From NCBI GenBank assembly GCA_032718475.1, contig JAUCBJ010000044.1, positions 1 through 64,000 of the forward strand: a DNA stretch of 64,000 nucleotides, in the 5' to 3' direction. Source of the stretch: Nemertoderma westbladi. Taxonomy: Eukaryota > Animalia > Xenacoelomorpha. The notes beneath the pieces were generated by a model, which was not told the DNA's origin, did not search any database, and saw only the letters and a program-made list of their open reading frames with translations. This document shows positions 10,305-20,067 of the stretch, one piece after another. A program made the translations under genes and the position numbers. Every line of letters starts with the position of its first letter. The first letter of the stretch is position 1.

Positions 10305-10940
10305 TGTTCGCGCTTTTAGACCTTTAACAGTTTAACCTGTTAATTTATGTGTCTTATGATGTCTGACAGCCCGTACAAAATATGACCACAGCAGAAGCCA
10401 GTCTAGCGCGGCATATGACCCACTGTGTGTGGGAGACTGAATTCTATAGCCGAGAATGGGATAGGCTACTTTGTATTATTCGATTGATCTCTACTATATA
10501 ATCTCTAAAAACTATGCTTATTTTCAGGGCAATACCAACAGTTCCTTTAGATGCTGCGCTTTAAATATCAGACCGAGTTATGACTTATACTAATTACAAC
10601 GGGGGGTTATGGAACATCACGGTTATCAATTCTTTAGGAATGTAGAATTATTCGCTCACACTCACTTTACTGACAATAATACTGAATTTGCTTAATTTGC
10701 CGACTGTTAACAATTTTACTCATATATAAGGAGAAATTTAGCTCACTTATGTTGGGGTTATGAAATAGCATAAAATTCATACAGACTACTGTAATTTGAG
10801 ACAAGCAATTGTTACTAATGCTTCCCTTCTGCTTACCTCAATAATAAAGAAAGTTAGGGGAAATTATCGATTATTCCTAAGTATTCTCAAAATATAAGCA
10901 TCCATTAAATATGTTACCAAACAACAATGAATAACAGTAT
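10305..10940 (-). ncRNA. Candidate large structured RNA (~600 nt), copy 2; family unknown
   Basis: Shares (plus strand) GACCTTTRACAGTTTAACCTG, GAAGCCAGTCTA, GGGAGACTGA, TGTATTATTCGAYTGATC, TATATAATCTCT, AACAGTTCCTTTA, GAGTTATGACTTA, ATTCTTTAGGA, TGCCGAC, TTATGTTGGG, TATGAAATAGCAT with copy 1 in the same order. Confidence 0.7.
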
Positions 10941-11159
10941 AAAAACAGTATAAAATATGCGCTGCCGGCATTCAATCAGCAGTCAGATGTTTGCCGTAAG
11001 TACAGCAGTAGTGAAGTACAAGAGATAATATATTGTGGATGATAACCCTCTGGCAGTCTGGCCATGGATGGTCTCGGGCAGAAGTCAGAATGAATCATTT
11101 TGTCGCACTGCGGCTTATTCATATGTAAACAAGGCCTTGATAAATCGTAAAGTGAAAAT

Positions 11160-11245
11160 CGTGTTGATTGGACGGAAAATAACATAGAGCATACGGGACA
11201 AAGAGAAATGCTGGCCAATGGCTGGTGATTTCGTCAATATAGCTC
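11160..11245 (-). promoter_or_regulatory. Possible Pol II promoter elements (CCAAT boxes, TGACG half-site) upstream of RNA copy 2
   Basis: TGATTGG at 11166, CCAAT at ~11215, TCGTCA at ~11231. CCAATGGCTGGT also occurs at ~10043. Confidence 0.3.
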
Positions 11246-11506
11246 CGTACCAAAATAAACGCTAGAGGGCATAAGATTTATACGTTCTCCAATCTCTGGA
11301 GATAATGTCAGTTTTTAGAGTAGTTCGCGCATTTCACAAAAACGACACATTTTTGCCGCAAAAGCTTTAACAGAGGAGTACTGGAACTACTGCTGTTCTA
11401 AATAATCGGACCTTAAGTTTCCGATTAATTCTTTGTGACTTCCAAATCCTGGAAAGCCTATTCAAGGCTGCCCATGCCTTTCCCTTACGTATTCGAAGGT
11501 CCTCAC

Positions 11507-11796
11507 TGTTATATACTGATAAGTTACTTTCAGTTTCCTTTGAGGTGGTGGTTTGGATCTAAGTACTTTAACAGTTTTTTAATATAACTACCGTTTGCAT
11601 GCTGGGATATGGTCTGATGATGTACTGCTGTACTGACATGCTGAATTATTTAAGTGCTTCTGTACTTCCCTTTAAATCAGCCTACCGTGTCTGGTATGGT
11701 TGATAAACCGGACCTGTACTTAATAAATCTGGGATAATTAATACCTAATACATTTTACTTTATTTCTTCTATACTTCCGATGTGAAGGATACAACA
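11507..11796 (+). repeat. 5' LTR (290 bp)
   Basis: TGTTATATAC...GATACAACA; four substitutions seen relative to the 3' LTR; AATAAA at ~11722. Confidence 0.96.
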
Positions 11797-11806
11797 TGGC
11801 GCAGCG
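11797..11806 (+). promoter_or_regulatory. Primer-binding site, probably tRNA-Ser
   Basis: TGGCGCAGCG directly after the LTR is complementary to a ...CGCTGCG-CCA 3' end as found in animal tRNA-Ser. Confidence 0.7.
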
Positions 11807-11839
11807 TATGGCTTGACCCAGCGGGCTCAAAATTCAGCA

Positions 11840-14800
11840 ATGTCTATAGAATCGGATGACTGGTTGGAACTCACTCCGGATGAAATAGAAGATCTGGATC
11901 GCCAGTCGTTAATTAAACACTGCACATTCGCTGGTGTTTCTTTCGATGCCAAAACATCAAGTATGATAATGCGTAAACGTTTACTGAAACTCCTCCAATC
12001 CGGTGAGGAGTCGAGCATACCTCCAGTTACTCAATCCGTCGACCTAGCTAACTTGCTAATTCAACTCGAACAACAACGCCGCGAAGATAATTTACGCCGC
12101 GAACATCGGGAAGAACAGCAACGGGCTGTCGACGAACAACGCTGCACCGACGAGCGGGCCGAGATGGTCCAAATCCTGGCTCAGTTCGGACGCGCACCTC
12201 CTGCTACTGGTACCGGTCCGACAATTTCTCGAACTTCCGATCAGGCGAGCGCGAAGCTACAACTTCGAACTCCCGATATTCTCGAGGTCGACATGCGATA
12301 CCGCCAGTTTAAACACTGGGAATCTACTTGGAGGAACTACGTTCGTGTCACAAAGTTGACAGATAAACCCAGGGAAGATCAGATTGCTGCTCTCTTCTCC
12401 TACTGCAGCTCGGACTTACTGAACCGCATCCACTATACTATGGGAATTCCCCAAGACACTGATAAAACAATGGATGAGATTCTTACCGAGATTCGCACCT
12501 ATCTTCGGGGCGAACAAAATGTCGCTGTCGATCAGTATAAATTACTGAGTCAGCGACAACAGGAAGGCCAATCGTTCGAGGAATTTTACGTAAAACTTCG
12601 TGAGTCCTCTGACGACGCAATGATCGAACAGATGACGCCAGACGATTGGATTTTAACCCTGTTGATCTGTGGAATTTCCGACGACGAAACGCGTTGCGAG
12701 GTGTTTGGTAAAAAACCCCCCCTCGATTTAACACAAACTGTGGATTTCTGTAGGAGCCGCGAACTCGCTGCCATTGAAGGAAAACGTCTCAAGGGCAACA
12801 CATTGGCTGCTATAAAGCAGAATAATGGTGGGCAACGTTCACGATCCAAAAGTCGATACCGACAAGCTAAGGAAGGTCGGAACCTTAGCCGTTCTCCGTC
12901 CCATGGTGGAGGACCTACTAAAGCGTGTTACCGGTGCGGCGGGCACTGGCCGCACGACGGCAATAAACCGTGCTGGGCGTTGGATAAAAATTGCGCTAAT
13001 TGCGGAAAAAAGGGACATTTAGCAAAGGTCTGCAATAATAAAACTGCAAAAAAAGGTAAACAAACTGGGGCAATAATCCAAGCCTACATTGGGGAGAATT
13101 GCCGGAAACCGGTAGTCTCGATTAACTTTCATCGTCCCGGCGGCGACGATAATTTATTTCTAGGGAGCAAAAACTGTATTGCTGACACGGGGGCGCAGGT
13201 GATAGCTGCCGGTACCGATATTCTGGACGACTGGCATATAACACGACGCCTTCTGAAACCACCAGACGCTCCCCTACTCACCGCTAACGGCGACCAGATC
13301 CTGTGCGATGGGCGAGTAAAACTTAAACTGAAACTCGTTGACGCGGAACATTTAGATTGGGTTTACATCTGCCCTGAAATCACCCAGGGTGAGATTTTCC
13401 TTTCACTTGCGGCCTGTAAAGGTTTGGGGATAGTTCACCCAGACTTCCCGCATCCAATCCATTCTATAAACTCAGTGGATCTTCTCCACCCGATACCCGA
13501 TCTGGATAAACCCGAATCCGGAAATATTGGAGAACCTATCGAATATATTGCTAAGATTAAAGCAAAAATCATTGCTGAATACGCCGATGTGTTTGGTGAT
13601 GGACACGGCCTGAAAGCTATGGTCGGACCGCCAATGCGAATCGAGCTTAAAGGCGACGCGGTCCCGTTTAAACTGTATACACACCGCGCCGTTCCATTCG
13701 CTTTCCGAGAAAAAGCGAAAGAAACTATTGATAGTATGGTAGAGAATGGTATTATCGAGCGTGTGGGTGACAGACCTACTGAATGGTGTCACCCACTGGT
13801 TGTTTGTAGTAAACCGAACAGCCCGGGCGAAGTTAGAATAACTGTTGACTTGACTAAACTCAATTACCAAGTGAAGCGAACCGTCCACAATGCGCGCTCC
13901 CCCCGCGATATTGTTTCAGCTCGAATTCCGGGCTCCTGTTTATTTTCCACATTAGATGCCAAAACGGGTTACTGGCAAGTGGAACTTGAAGAGAAATCTA
14001 GAGATTTAACAACTTTTATTACACCATGGGGTTGTTTCCGTTACTGTAGGGCCCCCATGGGTTTTATTAGCACAGGCGATTCCTACAACTATAGGGGAGA
14101 TATGGTGTTACAAGGGGTCGATGGTGTTAATAAAATTGTAGATGATATACTCCTCGAGAGTTCAAACCTCGAGGAACACGTCGAGTTAGTGCGTGATGTG
14201 CTGCAACGTTGCCGCGATAACTCGATTACATTAAATCCCAAAAAATTTCACTTTGCCCAAACAAATGTGAAATTCGCAGGTTACATTATATCTGCAGACG
14301 GAACTGAGGCGGATCCAGAGAAGGTTCGAGCCATACAGGACTATGAAACTCCGCAGAACATTACAGATCTTCGTAGTTTCATGGGGTTGGCTAACCAACT
14401 CGGCTGTTTCTCCTCAACTGTCAGTGCTGCTGCAGTCCCATTACGTGACATCCTACGGACCAAAAACGAGTGGATTTGGACGGCAATGCATGAGGAAGCG
14501 TTTCGCGCAGTGAAACTCGCTTTACTCCAGCCCCCAATCCTCGCTCCTTTCGATCCATTACTGGACACACGTTTGGAGGTTGATGCCAGCCGTAAATTCG
14601 GGATGGGGTATGATTTAATACAACGACATGGCGATATTTATAAACTCGTCGCCTGCGGTAGTCGCTTCCTAACGGATTGCGAGACGAGGTGGGCGACTAT
14701 TGAACTCGAGTGTGCCGCGATAAAATACGGTATTTCCAAATGTCGTTTATATCTAGAAGGACTTTCTAACTTCACAGTAGTGACCGATCATCGACCGTTA

Positions 14801-16297
14801 CTCACTATTTTTAATAATTACACACTCGATCAGGTGGAAAATTCAAAAATTCAGAGAATTAAAGCAAATCTTCAATCCGCGTACCAGTTCCATCTCGAGT
14901 GGAAACCTGGAAGCAAACACCGTATTGCCGATAGTCTGAGTCGGCATCCAATCGAGGACCCAGATCCCGATGACGGCGTTGATCCCACCTACCGAGTTGC
15001 CGCACTTGCAGCGGTTTTTAGTACGGAGACCGACGGGGTACATACCAAGGATGGCGACAACGATCCCCTTGTCGAGGAACTCCGACGGATTGCTATTAAA
15101 GACTCCGAATATCGAGAGCTAGTTCAACAGATCCTCTGTGGTTTTACTACAATTCACACAGCCACAGAATCGGTAAAGCAGTATAAGTCTATTCGTGACT
15201 CACTTTCCGTTCACCGCGATCTCGTCCTTTACGACGACCGCATAATAATTCCTAAAGCATCCCGCGGCGACATCCTCGAGCGTTTACATGCATCACATCA
15301 AGGGATGACTCGCACCAAACAGCGAGCTCGCCAGACGGTCTACTGGCCTGGGATTGGCCGCGACATCGAGATAATGACTCGTGAATGTGAAGGATGTCTT
15401 ACTAGACTCCCAAGCCTTCCTAAGGAAACCTTAAAGGCGGATGACCCGCCTACTCGCCCATTCCAACGCGCTTCGGCTGATCTTTTCTCACTGCGAGGAC
15501 GTCATTTTCTCGTATATGCAGATTATTTATCTGGTTACCCGTGCGTAACTGAATGGTTTCACGACCCAGATGCAAAGAAAATAACTTCGGCTTTGCGCCA
15601 ACACTTCGTTGACTTGGGCGTACCAATAAAACTTCGTTCCGATAACGGTCCACAGTTCTCGGCACATCACACCAGAATGTTCCTTAAGCGATGGGGTGTC
15701 GAGTGGGAACCAAGTACACCTGGTTACCCAACCAGCAATGGGCATGCCGAGGCATCGGTTAAGCGAATTAAAACTCTCCTCGCCAAATGCCCGAAACCCG
15801 ATATACATTCGGACGAGTTCCTAGAAGGTCTCATGGAACTCAGGAACTTCCCCCGTGGCGACGGCGCCTCTCCCAGCGAACGTGTATTTGGGCGCTTGTT
15901 ACGTACACGAATCCCTGCGCACCATACGAAATACGCGCAGAAGTGGCGTGATGAAGCGGACGCCACCGATTCAGCCGCTGCCACTCTCCGCCTAAAAACG
16001 GCCGAGTTATACAACCAATCAGCCGCCGACCTCCCTTCCCTTAAAACCAACACCAAAGTCCTCATACAGGACCAGAAAACCAAACGGTGGACCCACACTG
16101 GTACCATCGTAGGTGTCGGTCGCCACCGTGATTATCATATAAAATTGCCATCGGGACGTACATGGTGGCGCAACCGCCGATTTCTCAGGCCCCACTTTAT
16201 AGCTGAGAAACTCGATAACCACAACGAAGCTGATAATGACATTTTACCAAGGCGTAGTGAACGTATACGCCAACGTCACGTCCACTGGGAAAATTAA
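11840..16297 (+). CDS. Gag-Pol polyprotein (uninterrupted)
   Basis: Zn knuckles [11 protein letters not shown] and [14 protein letters not shown]; protease ADTGA; [12 protein letters not shown] and IVDDILL; RNase H VDAS/ELE/TDH; integrase HASH...[21 protein letters not shown]. First ATG at 11840. Confidence 0.96.
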   Translation: MSIESDDWLELTPDEIEDLDRQSLIKHCTFAGVSFDAKTSSMIMRKRLLKLLQSGEESSIPPVTQSVDLANLLIQLEQQRREDNLRREHREEQQRAVDEQRCTDERAEMVQILAQFGRAPPATGTGPTISRTSDQASAKLQLRTPDILEVDMRYRQFKHWESTWRNYVRVTKLTDKPREDQIAALFSYCSSDLLNRIHYTMGIPQDTDKTMDEILTEIRTYLRGEQNVAVDQYKLLSQRQQEGQSFEEFYVKLRESSDDAMIEQMTPDDWILTLLICGISDDETRCEVFGKKPPLDLTQTVDFCRSRELAAIEGKRLKGNTLAAIKQNNGGQRSRSKSRYRQAKEGRNLSRSPSHGGGPTKACYRCGGHWPHDGNKPCWALDKNCANCGKKGHLAKVCNNKTAKKGKQTGAIIQAYIGENCRKPVVSINFHRPGGDDNLFLGSKNCIADTGAQVIAAGTDILDDWHITRRLLKPPDAPLLTANGDQILCDGRVKLKLKLVDAEHLDWVYICPEITQGEIFLSLAACKGLGIVHPDFPHPIHSINSVDLLHPIPDLDKPESGNIGEPIEYIAKIKAKIIAEYADVFGDGHGLKAMVGPPMRIELKGDAVPFKLYTHRAVPFAFREKAKETIDSMVENGIIERVGDRPTEWCHPLVVCSKPNSPGEVRITVDLTKLNYQVKRTVHNARSPRDIVSARIPGSCLFSTLDAKTGYWQVELEEKSRDLTTFITPWGCFRYCRAPMGFISTGDSYNYRGDMVLQGVDGVNKIVDDILLESSNLEEHVELVRDVLQRCRDNSITLNPKKFHFAQTNVKFAGYIISADGTEADPEKVRAIQDYETPQNITDLRSFMGLANQLGCFSSTVSAAAVPLRDILRTKNEWIWTAMHEEAFRAVKLALLQPPILAPFDPLLDTRLEVDASRKFGMGYDLIQRHGDIYKLVACGSRFLTDCETRWATIELECAAIKYGISKCRLYLEGLSNFTVVTDHRPLLTIFNNYTLDQVENSKIQRIKANLQSAYQFHLEWKPGSKHRIADSLSRHPIEDPDPDDGVDPTYRVAALAAVFSTETDGVHTKDGDNDPLVEELRRIAIKDSEYRELVQQILCGFTTIHTATESVKQYKSIRDSLSVHRDLVLYDDRIIIPKASRGDILERLHASHQGMTRTKQRARQTVYWPGIGRDIEIMTRECEGCLTRLPSLPKETLKADDPPTRPFQRASADLFSLRGRHFLVYADYLSGYPCVTEWFHDPDAKKITSALRQHFVDLGVPIKLRSDNGPQFSAHHTRMFLKRWGVEWEPSTPGYPTSNGHAEASVKRIKTLLAKCPKPDIHSDEFLEGLMELRNFPRGDGASPSERVFGRLLRTRIPAHHTKYAQKWRDEADATDSAAATLRLKTAELYNQSAADLPSLKTNTKVLIQDQKTKRWTHTGTIVGVGRHRDYHIKLPSGRTWWRNRRFLRPHFIAEKLDNHNEADNDILPRRSERIRQRHVHWEN

Positions 16298-16344
16298 TTC
16301 CAACGATTTAAAACTATTTAAAACTAAATCATACGTTTCAAATC

Positions 16345-16360
16345 GAAAAAAAAGAGAGAG
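16345..16360 (+). promoter_or_regulatory. Polypurine tract
   Basis: GAAAAAAAAGAGAGAG one base before the 3' LTR. Confidence 0.9.
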
Positions 16361-16361
16361 T

Positions 16362-16651
16362 TGTTATATACTGATAAGTTACTTTCAGTTTCCTTTAAGG
16401 TGGTGGTTTGGATCTAAGTACTTTAACAGTTTTTTAATATAACTACCGTCTACATGCTGGGATATGGTCTGATGATATACTGCTGTACTGACATGCTGAA
16501 TTATTTAAGTGCTTCTGTACTTCCCTTTAAATCAGCCTACCGTGTCTGGTATGGTTGATAAACCGGACCTGTACTTAATAAATCTGGGATAATTAATACC
16601 TAATACATTTTACTTTATTTCTTCTATACTTCCGATGTGAAGGATACAACA
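16362..16651 (+). repeat. 3' LTR (290 bp)
   Basis: Direct repeat of 11507-11796. Confidence 0.96.
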
Positions 16652-18502
16652 ATGTGATTTCTCAAGAAGTGTTTTACTTTTATAAAGAGAAAAAGGAACG
16701 GATTCTTAGTTCTCGCTAGCCACGGTTCCATGACTATAGCCAAATTTTGACCCAGGGGATGGGTATTATAGCTAAAATAAATCTAAAAGTATCAAACTCG
16801 AAAATCTGAATACCGACACTCGACAGAAACAATCCCAATTCCGTTGCAACACTAGAAGAATTTCAAGTTCGGTTCCATTTTTGTTTTAGATTTGTGGCTA
16901 AAGTCATAATTTAAACGCAATTAATACTTATTGACGTTTTATAAAAATGAATTTTAAAGATAAATTTCAATTAAAAAGTATAGTATAATAATTAATTATT
17001 CCAAATACTAATACAATGTCTACAATTTATATTAAAATACAAAGAATACAAAACAAATAAAATATCACACTATTTGACATATATCTCTATACACAAATAA
17101 CACAATATACCCAATACTATTACAATATAATTTAGTACACAAATAAATTATTAAATCAAACTACTAAAATATTTTGAGAACATTTGGTGGCCAATACAGG
17201 CTAAAGTTGAGGAAATCTAAAAACGAAAATAAATTTAAATCAATCCCAACCACTTTGGATTCTATATTATCTTGTTAATGGCCAAAAAATGTCCATTAAA
17301 ATATATTTTTCGGATCATCTATTTATTCACTATCAACCGCTAGACCTATTAATTGTAGTAGTAGAATATTTATTCATGGAAATTGGTATACAATCCATAC
17401 AAATAGAGCAGTCCAGGGGAATTAATGAAATTCCAGAATAATTTAATTATTAAAACAAAAAGCTGTCACAGCCTTTTGCATCAAGAAATACCACGATATG
17501 GCCAATTGATGTGCCACAGGCCAGTGTCAATTGTATTCATTTCCCATTGAATCACTGGTCTGGTCTGTGGCACATTAATCGATATAATTATCTTGGTAGC
17601 TAGAAATCTCTTTCAATTATTAAAAAAATGTAAAAAATTTTAATTTAACAAAATTGCAATTCCACTGCAAGGAAATTTTAACTAATGATAGCGAAGATTT
17701 TTCACAAAATAAAATTGATATTGGTCTATTAATTGATATTAGGTGTAACCATGGAATACTAAATATACATACATAATAGATATGTATATTATTTAGTATT
17801 CCATGGTGTAACATATTTATTTGTTTTAGTTTTCAAACCACAATATATCGTATATCGGGTAAATTTTTTGGGAACAAACGTTTTTGATACCGACAATCTG
17901 CGTAAATAAGCTTCCAATATCTATCTGCAACAGACAAATAATAATATAAAGATGAATAAACGATTCAATAGATTTTCGATAGTGGCACCCAGTTCCGTCA
18001 ATCGGTAGACATTGGTCTAAAGTGTGTCTGCACTAAATTTGGGGAAACCCAAACAATAGTTACCTTCTTGTTATGTCCCTATTGCTAAGGGGAAAAATAT
18101 GTAATTGAAAATGATTCGCAAAATGTTTTTATTTGTGGTATTGGCAAGATAATGTAGAATGAATGATTTGGTTCGGTTGAATTGGGTAATTAGTTTTGGA
18201 CTGCCCCTTCTTTTTGCTTAGATAGTCTGTAGGTCTAAAGAAGGTATAGTCACATAGGCCTACGGAACCTTTTTATAAGCATATCGCGAAATAATACAAT
18301 TAATTCAATATATTATCTCTGGGAGCGTTGGTTTGAAAATTAATTCTACAAAAACCATGCAAATTATGAAAAAGTTTACCATTTGCAGTAACGGTAATAT
18401 CATTACAAACAACTCTCATAAAGTTTTTTTAGCACACAATTTATGTTTCAGTCAATTAAATATTGTTTTCTTGATTTCTTTTATAATTACCATTACTGTA
18501 GG

Positions 18503-18880
18503 GGAGGTACGCAGCAAACCTCGCCCGCAGCAAACCTCGCCCGCAGCAAACCTCGCCCGCAGCAATCTTCGCCCGCAGCAATCTTCGCCCGGAGCAATCT
18601 TCGCCCGGAGCAATCTTCGCCCTCAAAATGAGCAACTATCGCCCAAGGGAACCTTCGCCCGCAGGCAATCTTTGCCCACGAGCAAACTTCGCCCACTAAA
18701 CATTTATTGTTTTGGTTAGAAAACCCGTCTCTGTAACCTGCTCCATTCTCCCAATTTATAACTAAAATTGTTACTAACACAAATCATATTGGGCGAAGGT
18801 TGCTCGCGGGTGGAGATTGCCTTGCGGGTGAATGTTTCCCCCGGGCGAAGGTTGTACGAGGGCGAGGGATGCACCCAACC
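18503..18880. mobile_element. Fold-back MITE with ~16-bp subterminal tandem repeats
   Basis: Left arm has (CAGCAAWCYTCGCCCG)n at 18512-18695; right arm has inverted copies (GGGCGAAGGTTG...) at 18791-18870; direct repeat CTGTAGG(G) at 18496-18503 and 18881-18888 fits a 7-8-bp TSD. Superfamily not assigned. Confidence 0.75.
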
Positions 18881-20067
18881 CTGTAGGGACACTAATATAA
18901 TAAATTTTTATAATAAATAATATACAATCATAAAAAATATTTAAATTTCACATTTCTGCAGGTCTTACATCTTACTGTAGTTCACATTAAAATTATATTA
19001 TTGATAATTTCAAGTTCATTGGGTTGGGAATATAATCTCACACATGGACATAACATGACAATACAGCTTGACATAGACGAATGGCAACATGGAAACTGCA
19101 CGGAATGTAGGCCTACTAATAATGTATTTAAAGAATATCGCGATTCAACTTTATTTTAATAATTTAATGTAAATAATGGAAATGCTTAATTTTAGTCTAA
19201 ACATCGATAGTGTAAAACTGTGAATAACTAAAATTTGCAAAAATAAATTATTATTTTATTTATTATTTTACGGGAAATTACATAGGCCAGCTACAGTATC
19301 ACCTTACGGCATGTGTAACGTAAATTGGCATCTTATAGCAAAAAATAAAAATTTACAATCAATTATAAAAATAACCATTCAATAACTAAGTAAAACTATT
19401 ACCAGCAACTATTACCCCAGACCACAAACGGATAGCGTCATTGTTTCGGAAGGTTTAAACTTTTAACTTACAATGACATTCTTAAATTTCAAATTACTAC
19501 GCCTCTGAGAATTATTAACGAATTTTTAAAATTATTTAAAATATATATGAAAATATAAAATAATATTAGATAACTACCTACAAGCAGAGATTATAGCCAT
19601 CTAAAAAAGCTCCATAAGGGTATACCCCTCCCCCCCTCCCCCCCCCCCCCCCCCCCCCTTAATAAATTGGTAAATAGCGATAAAGAAAATAAGTACATTA
19701 TTTCACTGTTTGCTACTAACCATTATTATATGAATCTTATATTTATTCTAAAATAAATTTTTATTATGTATTAAAATAATTTAATTATAAAATAACTCCG
19801 ATTAATAATATAATAATATAATATAATTCCGATTATACTATTTATTTAAACAGTTTGTTTTTTTTTTTACACAAACATAAAATATTGTCTTTTCTTTTAG
19901 AAATAATCGAATTAAACAACTAATAAATAAATCAAAATATTGTTGGTAGGACATCGCCTATTTAACATTTAATGGACACTTATGTGTAAATATGAACAAA
20001 AAAGACAACAAAAAAATAACAAGACAAAATTAATTTATAAATACAAACATTCAGAAAGGGCCAAGCT

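Larger units (their letters stand above)
11507..16651 (+). mobile_element. Full-length Ty3/Gypsy LTR retrotransposon, Mag-like
   Basis: Two 290-bp LTRs (TGTT...AACA), PBS, single gag-pol ORF with PR-RT-RH-IN order, PPT. Confidence 0.96.

Noticed and set aside
11596-11645. Hammerhead ribozyme in the Gypsy LTR (CTGATGA followed by a small stem)
   Set aside because: GAAA is replaced by GACA, and no stem I or NUH site is in register.
1697-16222. Small antisense and alternate-frame ORFs overlapping retroelement genes
   Set aside because: Shadow ORFs of long coding frames with no independent motifs.
17350-18260. Possible decayed DNA-transposase coding remnants
   Set aside because: Multiple stops and no motif I could identify with confidence; needs blastx.
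18333-18780. 128-aa and 95-aa ORFs
   Set aside because: They read through the MITE's 16-bp repeats and show no domain features.
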